The notes under the pieces are model-generated. The model saw only the letters and a program-made list of their open reading frames with translations. It was not told the origin of the DNA and searched no databases. The position numbers were made by a program, and so were the translations under genes. A stretch of DNA of 64,000 nt from a bacterium (GTDB lineage: Bacteria; Patescibacteriota; Minisyncoccia; Phycocordibacterales; Zambryskibacteraceae), in the NCBI GenBank assembly GCA_030649135.1, contig JAUSGI010000008.1:1-64000 (forward strand), given 5' to 3'. Shown one piece after another: positions 26,846 through 37,160 of the stretch; within the stretch, counting starts at the first letter, position 1, and every line of letters begins with the position of its first letter.

Positions 26846-27598
26846 TTGCCCAGAATGGATAAATCCCAATATACCGTTAAAACGGCGGCGTTTGAAGGTC
26901 CTTTGGACCTTCTTCTTGACTTAGTGACCAAAAGGAAGCTTTTTGTTAATGACGTTTCGCTTGCTCAAGTGACGGATGACTTCATCCACTATCTTGAAGG
27001 GCATGAAGAATTTCCGCTAGGTGAGTCGGCCGAGTTTATTGTCGTGGCCTCAACCTTGATGCTTATCAAATCTCGGTCGCTGTTACCGATGATTGATTTT
27101 ACTCTGGAAGAAGAAGAAAGCATTCACGATTTGGAGAATCGCCTTGTCCTCTACGCCCGAGTCAAGGAGCTCTCCTTGGGATTGAAACAAATTTTTGGCA
27201 AAAATATCATATTCGAAAAGGTTCCCGGTAAGAATCCGACCATAATTTTCTCCCCCGATGCCCACACCAATACCGAGAATCTTCTGCTGGCTCTCGGGAA
27301 AGTGATGGAGGCCTTACCAAGGAAGGAAATGTTGCCGACAGTGACTGTCAGGAAAGTCATTAGTCTCGAGGAGATGATAGAGAGGTTGGCAGAGCGTATT
27401 AGTAAAGCAAGCAAACTGAACTTCAACGAGTTCCAAAGTGCTAAGGGAGGCATGACTTATGAGAAAAAGGTTTCTATCATAGTAGGATTTCTCGCAATGC
27501 TTGAACTTATTAAACGGGGCGCTATCCGTGTGACGCAGGATGGTCGGGGAAATATCGAAATGGAGAGCGAGAAGGTGGGTGTGCCGAATTACGCCTGA
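26846..27598 (+). CDS. scpA: segregation and condensation protein A
   Basis: FEGPLDLLLDLVTKRKL N-term. Confidence 0.85.
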   Translation: MPRMDKSQYTVKTAAFEGPLDLLLDLVTKRKLFVNDVSLAQVTDDFIHYLEGHEEFPLGESAEFIVVASTLMLIKSRSLLPMIDFTLEEEESIHDLENRLVLYARVKELSLGLKQIFGKNIIFEKVPGKNPTIIFSPDAHTNTENLLLALGKVMEALPRKEMLPTVTVRKVISLEEMIERLAERISKASKLNFNEFQSAKGGMTYEKKVSIIVGFLAMLELIKRGAIRVTQDGRGNIEMESEKVGVPNYA

Positions 27599-27615
27599 AT
27601 AACGCATAGAAAATA

Positions 27616-28161
27616 ATGAACCTGGAATCAAAAATAGAAGCAATACTTTTTTTCAAGAATGAGCCGGTCTCTATTGCCGAGCTGGGGAAGTGGCTCGGAG
27701 AAAAACCGGATGCTGTCAAGAAAGCGCTCTCGAATCTAGAGGGTTCTTACAAAAATCGCGGAATAGTGCTAATCTCTCTTGGAGAGTCGGTTAGTCTTGG
27801 CACGCATCCGAACACCTGCGAAATTATAGAAAGTTTGCAGAAAGAAGAATTATCCCGCGAGCTGGGTCGAGCCGGTCTCGAGACCCTCTCTGTCATTCTC
27901 TATAAAGGACCGATTTCTCGCCGAGAGATTGACCATATTCGGGGGGTCAATTCCGGTTTTATTCTGCGTTCTCTTCTCATCCGTGGATTGATAGAACGCG
28001 CGGAAGGTGTTTCCGGCGACAGAAGTTATAGTTACAAAGCAACCATCAAGCTTTTGGAATATCTCGGCGTTACTCGCCTAAAAGATTTGCCGGACTACGA
28101 AAACGCTTTTAAGAGCATCGAAGGATTTATCAAAACAACGCCTGCCGCACAAAATGAATAA
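27616..28161 (+). CDS. scpB: segregation and condensation protein B
   Basis: tandem winged-helix ScpB pattern; adjacent to scpA. Confidence 0.8.
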   Translation: MNLESKIEAILFFKNEPVSIAELGKWLGEKPDAVKKALSNLEGSYKNRGIVLISLGESVSLGTHPNTCEIIESLQKEELSRELGRAGLETLSVILYKGPISRREIDHIRGVNSGFILRSLLIRGLIERAEGVSGDRSYSYKATIKLLEYLGVTRLKDLPDYENAFKSIEGFIKTTPAAQNE

Positions 28162-29098
28162 CCAGCCATTCATTATCCGCAATACTGAAATCAGACTTTT
28201 TGTGATTTTGGCCACGACCCTATTTGTCCTGCTGATTCTCTCCTTTGTGTTCGGTTTGAAAGTAGAGAGGAAGGATAGTTCGGTCCCTTCGAAGGCGGCT
28301 TTCAAGCCGTTTTCAACGGTGGTCCTCAAGGCCAAGGCGGCTTACGTCTACGATGTTCGTACTAAAACTATCTTGTTTGCCCAAAATGAGAATACTCGCC
28401 TGCCACTTGCTTCTCTATCCAAGATTATGTCGGCCTTGGTGGCCCAAGACTCAAGTCCCTTGTATGGCACCGTGACGGTCGGTAATGAGGCGCTACAGGC
28501 GGAGGGGGACAGCGGTCTCTACCGAGATGAGAAATGGTCGCTCAAGAATTTACTCGATTTTTCTTTGGTTACTTCTTCCAACGATGGCATGCGCGCGGTG
28601 GCTCTCTCGCTTGGAGCACTCTCTAGAGCCGGCGCCAGTTCAGAAGAGATTATCAATGATTTTGTTGGAGAGATGAATAGTAAGGCGAGCCAGATTGGTC
28701 TAAAGAATACCTATTTCTGGAATGAGACCGGACTTGATGAGTCGGCTGTTAAGGGCGGTGCCTACGGCACCGCCCGAGACATGGCATTACTTTTAGAATA
28801 TATTCTCGCGCATTATCCTGACCTGTTCTCAGCCACCAGAGAGGTCAGTATGACGCTCCGGTCTCTCGATAATCGTTTGCATGTGGCTACAAATACCAAT
28901 AGTATTATTGCCGAGATTCCCGGACTCTTGGCTTCTAAGACTGGTTTGACCGATACGGCAGGAGGCAACTTGGTGATAGCCTTTGACCCGGAGTTGGGTC
29001 GGCCCATTATCATCTCGATACTTGGCTCTACCGAAGAGGGTCGGTTTATTGATGCGCGTATGCTCGTCGGCGCTGTCATGGAATATATCAAAAATTAG
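28154..29098 (+). CDS. D-alanyl-D-alanine carboxypeptidase (S11/PBP5-like)
   Basis: SxxK (LSKIM), SxN (SSNDG), KTG (SKTGLT); N-terminal TM/signal. Confidence 0.8.
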   Translation: MNNQPFIIRNTEIRLFVILATTLFVLLILSFVFGLKVERKDSSVPSKAAFKPFSTVVLKAKAAYVYDVRTKTILFAQNENTRLPLASLSKIMSALVAQDSSPLYGTVTVGNEALQAEGDSGLYRDEKWSLKNLLDFSLVTSSNDGMRAVALSLGALSRAGASSEEIINDFVGEMNSKASQIGLKNTYFWNETGLDESAVKGGAYGTARDMALLLEYILAHYPDLFSATREVSMTLRSLDNRLHVATNTNSIIAEIPGLLASKTGLTDTAGGNLVIAFDPELGRPIIISILGSTEEGRFIDARMLVGAVMEYIKN

Positions 29099-29101
29099 GA
29101 T

Positions 29102-30148
29102 ATGGATATTCTAAAAATCATTTTCCCAACTGTTCTGACATTTTTTATCGGTCTTTCCATCACGCCATTTTTCTCCAGATACTTCTACCGATATCGAATG
29201 TGGAAAAAGTTACCGAGAACCGAGGCAGACACCTCTGAGACTTTCAACAAGATTCATAACACTACTTCCGAGACCAGTACCCCGCGTGTGGGCGGGGTCA
29301 TTATCTGGTCTGCGGTCCTCTTTACCGTCTGTGTGATTTATTTTCTTTCCCTGATATTCCCGTCTGACTTGACTCTCAAACTCAACTTCTTCTCGAGGTC
29401 GCAGACCTTGGTGCCTTTGGGAGCCTTTTTCTTCGCCGCCTTCGTAGGACTAATCGATGACATGTTGCAGATTACCGGATGGGGGACTTACGCTCGAGAC
29501 GCACTTGTCTACCGCAAAGTTAAAATCATGTTGGTAATCCTTATCGGCATTGTCATCAGTCTGTGGTTCTACTACAAGCTCGACTTCAGTTCCATCCACA
29601 TTCCTTTCGGAGGCAACCTCGAACTCGGTATTGTCTTTATTCCTTTTTTCATCATAGTCATGCTCGCCACTTTCTCGACCTCCGTCATTGACGGTATCGA
29701 TGGTCTGGCCGGCGGAGTGCTTACGTCCGTTTTCTCCGCCTTTGCCGTTATCGCTTTCATCAATAATCAGATTGATATTTCCGCTCTCTCGGGCGCTATC
29801 GCCGGCGGGATTCTTGCCTTCTTGTGGTTTAATGTTCCGCCCGCGCGTTTCTACATGGGAGAAACGGGGATACTGGCTCTGACTGTGGTGCTCGCGGTTA
29901 TTGCCTTTCTTACCGATACGGTTCTCTTATTGCCAGTCATTGCCTTTCCTTTGGTTATAACTGCGTTATCAGACATCATACAGATGGTTTCTTACAAATT
30001 CTTCAATAAGCATAGGGTTTTCAAAGTGGCTCCGCTTCACCATCACTTCCAAGCAATAGGCTGGTCGAGAGAAAAGGTGGTCATGCGCTACTGGATAGTC
30101 TCTATCATCTCTGCCATCACGGGCGTGATTCTAGTGTTGATAAGTTAA
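29102..30148 (+). CDS. mraY: phospho-N-acetylmuramoyl-pentapeptide transferase
   Basis: GLIDDML, IDGIDGLAGG, PLHHHFQAIGW motifs. Confidence 0.8.
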   Translation: MDILKIIFPTVLTFFIGLSITPFFSRYFYRYRMWKKLPRTEADTSETFNKIHNTTSETSTPRVGGVIIWSAVLFTVCVIYFLSLIFPSDLTLKLNFFSRSQTLVPLGAFFFAAFVGLIDDMLQITGWGTYARDALVYRKVKIMLVILIGIVISLWFYYKLDFSSIHIPFGGNLELGIVFIPFFIIVMLATFSTSVIDGIDGLAGGVLTSVFSAFAVIAFINNQIDISALSGAIAGGILAFLWFNVPPARFYMGETGILALTVVLAVIAFLTDTVLLLPVIAFPLVITALSDIIQMVSYKFFNKHRVFKVAPLHHHFQAIGWSREKVVMRYWIVSIISAITGVILVLIS

Positions 30149-30160
30149 CTCTTCAGTAAC

Positions 30161-31117
30161 ATGAAAAACATTCTCGTTACAGGCGGGGCCGGCTACATCG
30201 GCAGTGTCACGGTCAGAGGATTGCTTAATAGCGGGCACAAAGTGACTGTTCTGGACAATCTCTATAAGGGGAGGAGAGAACTGATAGATAAAAGGGCTGT
30301 TTTCCACAAACTGGATGTTATCAATTTGCCGGCTTTAGAGAGGTTTTCCAGAGGCAAGAAATTTGATGTGATTGTACATTTTGCCGCCTTGAAAGATGCC
30401 GGTGAATCTATGGTCAGGTCGGATTGGTATCAGGACAACATCACAGGGGTGATGAATCTCCTTAAAATTGCTCCGAAATTGAAGGTCAAGCAATTTGTCT
30501 TCTCCTCTTCAGCGGCTGTTTACGGTGAGCCGGGAACGAGGGTTATTGACGAAGACCATTCATGCCATCCTACCAACTTTTATGGCTATACCAAACTTGC
30601 GGGAGAGGAACTCTTGGAATGGGCAAGGAAACTAAAGGGAATAGAATATGTGGCGCTTAGATATTTTAATGTTGCAGGTGACGGGGGGCTCAATTATATA
30701 GACCCCAAGGCCCGAAATATCTTTAATGTTATTGGCGAGGTCCTGTGTGGCAGGAAAAAGGTGTTGGAAATATTCGGAGGTGACTATCATACTAAGGACG
30801 GGACGGGTATCCGAGACTACATTCATGTTACCGATTTGGCCAAGGCTCACGAAAAAGCTTTAAAGGTGAAAGGTTCCCATTTTATCAATCTTGGTAGTGA
30901 AAAGGGGTATTCGGTGCTGGAAATTGTCAAAGAATTTGAGAGAGTTTCCGGTGAAAAAGTGCCGTATAAGATAATCAAGAGACGGGCGGGAGATCCCGCC
31001 TCTCTAATTGCCACTTCCGCTAAGGCAAAGTCGATTCTCAAGTGGGTTCCTAAACTAGGGCTTAGAGAAATGGTTGAAAGTACCTGGCGGGCTTATAGAA
31101 AAACCAGCGAAGTGTAA
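30161..31117 (+). CDS. galE: UDP-glucose 4-epimerase (NAD-dependent epimerase)
   Basis: ILVTGGAGYIGS; YxxxK region. Confidence 0.85.
   Translation: MKNILVTGGAGYIGSVTVRGLLNSGHKVTVLDNLYKGRRELIDKRAVFHKLDVINLPALERFSRGKKFDVIVHFAALKDAGESMVRSDWYQDNITGVMNLLKIAPKLKVKQFVFSSSAAVYGEPGTRVIDEDHSCHPTNFYGYTKLAGEELLEWARKLKGIEYVALRYFNVAGDGGLNYIDPKARNIFNVIGEVLCGRKKVLEIFGGDYHTKDGTGIRDYIHVTDLAKAHEKALKVKGSHFINLGSEKGYSVLEIVKEFERVSGEKVPYKIIKRRAGDPASLIATSAKAKSILKWVPKLGLREMVESTWRAYRKTSEV
31029..31097 (+). repeat. direct repeat copy 1 (functional galE 3' end)
   Basis: 69 bp; 65/69 identical to 31763-31831. Confidence 0.8.
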
Positions 31118-31175
31118 TAATCACAATCTTCATACGGCTAGATTTAGTTGACAATACTGGTAGTATGAGTACTAT

Positions 31176-31406
31176 ATGAACCTCAAGCTAACCCGGCATT
31201 TCCAGGACATGATACAGCATCGGGGAATAGAGCTGGATGATGTCAAAAGGGCACTTAGCTCATCGGACGAAACAGTAGATGCCCATGATGGGGCTTTAAA
31301 GGTAACAAAACAAATTGGGGATAAAAAAATCGAGGTGATATACTGTAGGGAGACATTCAAAGATAGAAAAGACGAATACTTAATAATCACGGCATATTAT
31401 TTGTAA
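31176..31406 (+). CDS. DUF4258-like small protein (putative toxin-like component)
   Basis: 76 aa; promoter-like TTGACA at 31146. Confidence 0.5.
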   Translation: MNLKLTRHFQDMIQHRGIELDDVKRALSSSDETVDAHDGALKVTKQIGDKKIEVIYCRETFKDRKDEYLIITAYYL

Positions 31407-31409
31407 AAT

Positions 31410-31643
31410 ATGAAAATAGATTACGACAAAGTAGCAGATGCAATTTATTTCACTGTTAAAAGTGATAAAGTTGCTAAGTCTATAAAAGTAGACGACAGGC
31501 TTGTCGTCGACCTTTCCGCGTCGGGTGATATCGTCGGAATGGAACTATTAGATGCATCTTCAAAACAAGGGCAAGAACTTGAAAACAATATAAAGCAAGG
31601 AGTTCCCATAAATATTATCTCTGCCACACCGGTAACAGCTTAA
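31410..31643 (+). CDS. DUF2283-like small protein
   Basis: MKIDYDKVADAIYFTV (YDxxxDAxY motif); 77 aa. Confidence 0.55.
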   Translation: MKIDYDKVADAIYFTVKSDKVAKSIKVDDRLVVDLSASGDIVGMELLDASSKQGQELENNIKQGVPINIISATPVTA

Positions 31644-31646
31644 TCA

Positions 31647-31677
31647 CAGAAGCCCCGCAAGGGGGTCTTCTGTTTTG
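31647..31677 (+). terminator. rho-independent terminator
   Basis: CAGAAGCCCC-gcaa-GGGGGTCTTCTG then TTTTGGG. Confidence 0.6.
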
Positions 31678-31741
31678 GGCACACTATAAATAAAATAATG
31701 ACAACCCCCATGAAGACAATGCCCCCGTTCCCGTTATTCTA

Positions 31742-31760
31742 CCATTCGTGCGAATTAGCC
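31742..31760. repeat. palindromic motif CCATTCGTGCGAATTAGCC (copy 2)
   Basis: see 24943-24961; directly abuts the galE 3' duplicate. Confidence 0.45.
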
Positions 31761-31762
31761 AT

Positions 31763-31831
31763 AGTCGATTCTCAAGTGGGTTCCTAAACTAGGGCTTAAA
31801 GAAATGGTTGAGAGCACATGGCGGGCTTATA
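31763..31831 (+). repeat. direct repeat copy 2: displaced alternative galE 3' end (encodes ...SILKWVPKLGLKEMVESTWRAYKSVR*)
   Basis: 94% identical to 31029-31097, then diverges. Confidence 0.8.
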
Positions 31832-32052
31832 AATCGGTTAGATAAAGGACAATCTAAAGGACATTTAGACTTTCTAATGCAGAGGCCTTGGCTGGACGGA
31901 TTTTTCTTGCGTATTAGGAAAAAGTTATGCACAAGCTGTGAACAGGTTAATTAACATTGTCAACTTGACGGCCAGAAGGTGGGGTGTAGTGTTGCCGCAT
32001 ACTGTACTTGTCCTGTTAGCTTATATTACACAATAAAAAAAATTTAAAAAAA

Positions 32053-35000
32053 ATGACAAAACTCATGGGGGTAATTCTTAGCTTAGTGCTAATGGCCGGG
32101 TCGGTCCAAGCGGCCACCTTAGATGACATAGTATTTACAGAAATAATGGCGACTCCCAATGCTGTGGCTGATGCCGACGGCGAGTGGATTGAAGTTCAGA
32201 ACAATTCTTTAAGCCCAGTAGATATTGGAGGTTGGATATTAAACGATGGTTCAGATCACACTATTTCCGGACCTTATTCTATACCAGCGGGTGAGAAAGC
32301 GGTAATCTGTCGCGACAATGATTCCTCTGTAAATGGAGGAGTTAAATGCCATTATCAATCAGTTATGGTCCTAACTGACATTGGTAAAACTCTGCAACTT
32401 CTTGAGGGGGTGACCACTATAAACGAGGCTACATACGGAGACACTGCTGGAAATTCGGGAAAATCAGTTTATATTCCTAGTGGAAGTTTCGAGTCTGTTA
32501 GTCAATTTGGAAATGGCGATTATGGAACTCCGGCTGGGAATGGTGCATCAATTGGAACTCATTCCTACGCTTCGATTCAGATTGCAATTGATGCGGCAAT
32601 TTCCGGTAACACGATAGATGTTGGAGCGGGGACTTACGCGGAGAATGTTTCGCTTGACGGAAAGACAAATCTTACAATTCAAGGCGCTGGAGAGGCAACC
32701 ATTATTGAACCAGCAAGCGGAATTGGTTTTGCAATTAAAAATTCAAGCGGCATAACAATAAAGAATCTTAAAATACATACCACAGGAACCAATGCCCATG
32801 GTGTCTGGGTTGCGGGAACTCCGAATGGCGGAGCAACGGCGGTAACTGGTCTTACCGTACAAGATGACACCATAGTTGTTGACGGTTATTCCAGCGGCAT
32901 TTACGCCGAACAAGTTGATACAACACCTCATTCTGGCTGGCTAATAACAGGGAACACTATAACTGTAAATCCTGGCGCTGGTGTTACTGGTGATGGAATG
33001 GACTTGCACGATGTGTCGGGTTCGGAGGTAAGCTACAACACAATAATTCTGAATACTCCGACTGATAGCACAAATGTTCTCTGGACAAGCGAATTGTCAA
33101 ATCTTTCTAGTCTCATATTCTCCAATAACACCATCAGTGGCTCAAGCGGTAGTGAGATAGCAATCCTAACTGATTTTCTGGATGCTCTAGCAGATACATC
33201 AATTACCACCGTAACAGTAAGTGGAAACACGTTCAGTAATTGGGGTTCTAGGGCCCTAAGAGTCGGGACGGCTAACGGAACCGGAGCGGTGACGGAAATC
33301 GCAGTAAATTCAAACATATTCCAAATGGCCGCCGACACAACAGAAGTTATCGGCGGCACGGCTGCGTCAAGTGCGACTGGTAGCGGCAATATCTTCAATG
33401 TTAGTGGGACAGCAAAAATTCAAAAAGCGGTAGACGGGGCATTTTCTGGCGACACGATAAATGTCGCAGCGGGGACTTATGACGAACAGGTCGTAATAGA
33501 TGGAGAAGACCTGATATTACAAGGTGTTGGTGATACAACTATCATCCGACCATCTGCACCCGCAACGCTTACCCAGACTTATACCTTCCCAGCCGGAACT
33601 TTTTGGTCTGGCACAACTGCATCAAGTATTATCCTAGTGGAAAATGCCAGCGCTGTTACTATAAAAGATCTTAAAGTAGACGGTATTAATGTTACCAGTT
33701 TGCCCTTAACAGGTTCGCCTGACAGACTCGTCGGAGTTCTTTTGGGAGTATCTTCAGGTACCATTGATAATGCTACGGTCACTTCCATTAAAACAGCTGG
33801 CTATGCAAACCGTACATATGGCATTGAAGTAAGTGGCGCTGATAGTGGCACTTACAGCGTTGAAGTTAAAAGTTCTCATATAACAGACTGGGCTCGTAAT
33901 GGGATTGTTGCAGATGGAACTAATCTTACGGCCAACATCAATCACAACACGCTTGTAGGTCCTGGTACTATCTCTGGGCAGGTCGCTAACGGCATTCTTT
34001 TCATTGGTGGAGCTGCTGGTAACACTACAAGTAATACTATCAGCGGAATGCACTACAACGCAGATCCAGTATCTCGCAGTGCCGGTATCTTGATTTATGG
34101 CGCAACCACGGCCGGAATCTTGATAGACCAAAATGACATTTCCGATACGGATGATGGAATAAATTTGTCGGCCAGTTCTCATAACGCGACTGTCAGCAAC
34201 AACAATCTGCATAATAATCTAGAAGTAGGTATACAACTAGAAAACGGGACAGCAAACAACGCCATAACTGGGAACACAATTGTTAATAATACAATGGCTG
34301 GTATACGTTTTGGCGGTGCAGGTGATCCGGTTCCCGCGGAAGCGGATACTCCACCTGGGGCAGGTAATGTTGCTAATGATAAAAATACGATTACTGGTAA
34401 CGCGAACGGTATAGTAAATTACGATACGGGTCTTGGACAGATATTTGATGCCGCCAACAACTGGTGGGGCAACGTGAGCGGACCGTTCAACACTACAAGC
34501 AATCCTTTGGGAACCGGTGATTCTATTTCCGACAATGTAAACTTTGTTCCGTGGTATTCCACTAGCGGAATGACGACGCTTGTTTCCGCAAACATGATTG
34601 CTTACAATACCGCCTTGGATGCCGTTAGTCAGACGGACTACACGACTGCAAGCTGGTCTGCCTACCAAGCAATTGTGACTGCCAATACGAGGACCGACCA
34701 AAACACTCAAACTGAAGTTGATGACGCGACGGCCGCAATCACTACCGCGCAACTTGATCTGATTGCTATTGCCGACCTCACTGATTACAACACCGCTTTA
34801 GACGCAGTTGTTGAAAGCGATTATACGACCGAAAGCTGGGCAACGTATCAAGCTATTGTGGACGCCAATGTGGTAACCGACCAACATACCCAAGCTGAAG
34901 TTGATACAGCAATCGATAATATTACCATCGCGCAAGATGATTTAGTGGCAACACTGGACGTAGCAAAAACAACGGCACATGAAGCTCTTACAACTGCTCG

Positions 35001-35985
35001 CGCGTTATATACAGATACAAACTACACCGCTGAAAATCTAGTGGTCTTAAACGGATTCAAGTCGGATGGCGATATCGCGATTGACTCCGCTTCAGACTTA
35101 GCCGGAGTGTCCACAGCGCAGAACACAGCTACTGCTGGAATGGCCGGTGTGTTAAAAAATACACAAACAGCTCCTGACGATGACGGAAATGCGACAATGG
35201 ACTCTGACACAACGGAAGTGGTTATCACAGACCCGGATCAACCTGTTGACATTACAATTGAAAGTGGCACAGAAAATCCGACAATTGATGTTAGTGCATT
35301 TATTACCGATGGAATAGGAATATTGCCGGAGATTACAATCAATTCCGACGTAGCGGATGTTATAATTCCGGATAGTACGACAGTGACTGGCCCGACTGAT
35401 TGGGATGGGGTCATTAGCGTACCAACGGCTACCACTACTACTGGCACTGCCCCAGCTGGGTTTAGCGTTGGCGGTACTGTTATCTCGGTCGGTTCGTCTC
35501 AAGGAACATTAACCTTCAGTAATCCCGTTACGATATTACTTGCAGGTGTTACTGGAACAGTTGGCTACAAACCAGCTGGTTCAGATACTTGGCAGACGAT
35601 AACCAATGTTTGTGCCGACCCGTATGCAACTCCAGGCAACCCTCCAGCCGGTAGCGAATGCGCAATATCAAATGGTACTGATACTAAAATTGTCACCTTC
35701 CACTTCACGGAATTTGGAGAATTAGATTCTATTCCAGCTACGCCTATCCCTCCTCGTTCAAGCAGGGCAGGAGACTTTTCTCCGGCCGCGCGCAGAGCAA
35801 TCTTGGCAGCGACACCCAATGCATCAGCAGTATCGGTTGTAGGTCAAGTCCTTGGAGCCTTCACTGAAGATGAAAGACAGGCTCAAATTGTGTCCGTCCG
35901 CGGGCAACTTATAGAGAAGATAAATCAACTAATCGGTCTCTTGCGGGTGCAACTTGCAGCGGCCATAACAGCAGGCGATCAATAA
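32053..35985 (+). CDS. 1310-aa secreted surface protein: signal peptide, lamin-tail domain, long right-handed beta-helix (PbH1/NosD-like), three FIVAR-like repeats, C-terminal conserved module
   Basis: signal peptide; LTD VFTEI...GEWIEVQN...GGWILND; GAGTYAENV, NNWWGNVSGPFN; YTxxSWxxYQxxVxxANxxTDQxTQxEVD repeats. Confidence 0.85.
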   Translation: MTKLMGVILSLVLMAGSVQAATLDDIVFTEIMATPNAVADADGEWIEVQNNSLSPVDIGGWILNDGSDHTISGPYSIPAGEKAVICRDNDSSVNGGVKCHYQSVMVLTDIGKTLQLLEGVTTINEATYGDTAGNSGKSVYIPSGSFESVSQFGNGDYGTPAGNGASIGTHSYASIQIAIDAAISGNTIDVGAGTYAENVSLDGKTNLTIQGAGEATIIEPASGIGFAIKNSSGITIKNLKIHTTGTNAHGVWVAGTPNGGATAVTGLTVQDDTIVVDGYSSGIYAEQVDTTPHSGWLITGNTITVNPGAGVTGDGMDLHDVSGSEVSYNTIILNTPTDSTNVLWTSELSNLSSLIFSNNTISGSSGSEIAILTDFLDALADTSITTVTVSGNTFSNWGSRALRVGTANGTGAVTEIAVNSNIFQMAADTTEVIGGTAASSATGSGNIFNVSGTAKIQKAVDGAFSGDTINVAAGTYDEQVVIDGEDLILQGVGDTTIIRPSAPATLTQTYTFPAGTFWSGTTASSIILVENASAVTIKDLKVDGINVTSLPLTGSPDRLVGVLLGVSSGTIDNATVTSIKTAGYANRTYGIEVSGADSGTYSVEVKSSHITDWARNGIVADGTNLTANINHNTLVGPGTISGQVANGILFIGGAAGNTTSNTISGMHYNADPVSRSAGILIYGATTAGILIDQNDISDTDDGINLSASSHNATVSNNNLHNNLEVGIQLENGTANNAITGNTIVNNTMAGIRFGGAGDPVPAEADTPPGAGNVANDKNTITGNANGIVNYDTGLGQIFDAANNWWGNVSGPFNTTSNPLGTGDSISDNVNFVPWYSTSGMTTLVSANMIAYNTALDAVSQTDYTTASWSAYQAIVTANTRTDQNTQTEVDDATAAITTAQLDLIAIADLTDYNTALDAVVESDYTTESWATYQAIVDANVVTDQHTQAEVDTAIDNITIAQDDLVATLDVAKTTAHEALTTARALYTDTNYTAENLVVLNGFKSDGDIAIDSASDLAGVSTAQNTATAGMAGVLKNTQTAPDDDGNATMDSDTTEVVITDPDQPVDITIESGTENPTIDVSAFITDGIGILPEITINSDVADVIIPDSTTVTGPTDWDGVISVPTATTTTGTAPAGFSVGGTVISVGSSQGTLTFSNPVTILLAGVTGTVGYKPAGSDTWQTITNVCADPYATPGNPPAGSECAISNGTDTKIVTFHFTEFGELDSIPATPIPPRSSRAGDFSPAARRAILAATPNASAVSVVGQVLGAFTEDERQAQIVSVRGQLIEKINQLIGLLRVQLAAAITAGDQ

Positions 35986-35998
35986 CTCCCAAACGCTC

Positions 35999-36514
35999 CT
36001 ACGCGTGGTTGTATAACAGTTTAAGTTTCTCAAGCCCTCGGTGTGCTTGCACGGCCATAGCATTCTTTGATTGTCCGGTGATAAGAGCCATTTCTTTGAG
36101 TGACAGATTTTGCACGTACCGCATGCGTATCACTTTCTGGTATTTTGTCGGAAGATGTTGAATTAATAGGAGTGCCGCTTTCCCGTCTAGGGTGTTGAAA
36201 AGAAGTTCGGAATGTTCAACGCTCGGCTCGTAGCCTTTTTCAAGTAGGACATCAAGGGAAGTGGTTTTGTGCTTCCGATATTCATCAATGATAAGATTAT
36301 TGAGGACGTGGTAGAGAAAAGCTTTCATGACATCAATCTTCCCTCCTTTCACGAGGTAGGCCCATGTTTTCATGAAGGTGTCTTGTACTAAGTCTTCGCC
36401 CCTAGCATGGTCGTGTATCTTGAAAAAGGCATGTGCATTGAGTCCCTTTTCGTAGTCATTGTGTGCTAGGGTTAATACTGTCTGTTGGCGCACCTTCTGT
36501 TTGGGGGTCATCAT
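35999..36514 (-). CDS. ECF-type sigma-70 family sigma factor
   Basis: region 2 (DLVQDTFMKTW) and region 4 (LSLKEMALITGQSKNAMAVQAHRGLEKL). Confidence 0.8.
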   Translation of the reverse strand: MMTPKQKVRQQTVLTLAHNDYEKGLNAHAFFKIHDHARGEDLVQDTFMKTWAYLVKGGKIDVMKAFLYHVLNNLIIDEYRKHKTTSLDVLLEKGYEPSVEHSELLFNTLDGKAALLLIQHLPTKYQKVIRMRYVQNLSLKEMALITGQSKNAMAVQAHRGLEKLKLLYNHA

Positions 36515-36768
36515 ATATTAAGCATTAAGCCGAATCTCGGCGTGTCTTATTACAAAATTATTACAATCTGACTGCGACAAAGAGAGAAATAACCATATCT
36601 ATAGGCCTTAAATACCGTTAGGTCTGACCCTTTTTCTCTACACAGATATTACAGTAAGTATAACATACTTGGGATATCAGTGCGTTATGTAATAAATAGA
36701 GCTTTCTAGCGGCCTTATTGGTATAGAAACGACTTAATCCCACCGTTGACATTTCTGGATTAAATATC

Positions 36769-37152
36769 ATGCAAACACCCAAAACAATACTAATCATAGA
36801 AGATGAGAAAAGTCTTCGCGATGCCATCGTGGACATTCTACGTCTCAAAAACTTCTTGTCTCTTGAGGCAAAAAATGGTAGAGAGGGGGTGGAGCTCGCG
36901 CTCTCCAAACACCCTGACCTCATTTTGCTTGACCTTATTATGCCGGAGATGGACGGTATAATTGCGCTCAAAAATATTCGAGAAGATGCTTGGGGGAAAA
37001 AAGTTCCCATTATTATTCTAACGAATTTGAGTGCGACCAATGAACAGTTTGGGGATGATAAGGCGACGCTTAAGGCAACGCATTATTTAATTAAATCGGA
37101 TTGGAAGCTGCATGATATCGCAAAGAAGATCGAAGAAATATTGGAAACTTAA
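36769..37152 (+). CDS. stand-alone response-regulator receiver (CheY-like)
   Basis: ILIIEDEKSLRD...LILLDLIMPEMDG. Confidence 0.85.
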   Translation: MQTPKTILIIEDEKSLRDAIVDILRLKNFLSLEAKNGREGVELALSKHPDLILLDLIMPEMDGIIALKNIREDAWGKKVPIIILTNLSATNEQFGDDKATLKATHYLIKSDWKLHDIAKKIEEILET

Positions 37153-37160
37153 AATACTCC

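Noticed and set aside
33033-35819. Multiple minus-strand ORFs inside the 1310-aa gene (33033-33398, 33754-34212, 34237-34752, 35152-35502)
   Set aside because: They are antisense to a continuous, domain-rich plus-strand ORF. The low-complexity products are typical of antisense frames of repeat-rich genes.
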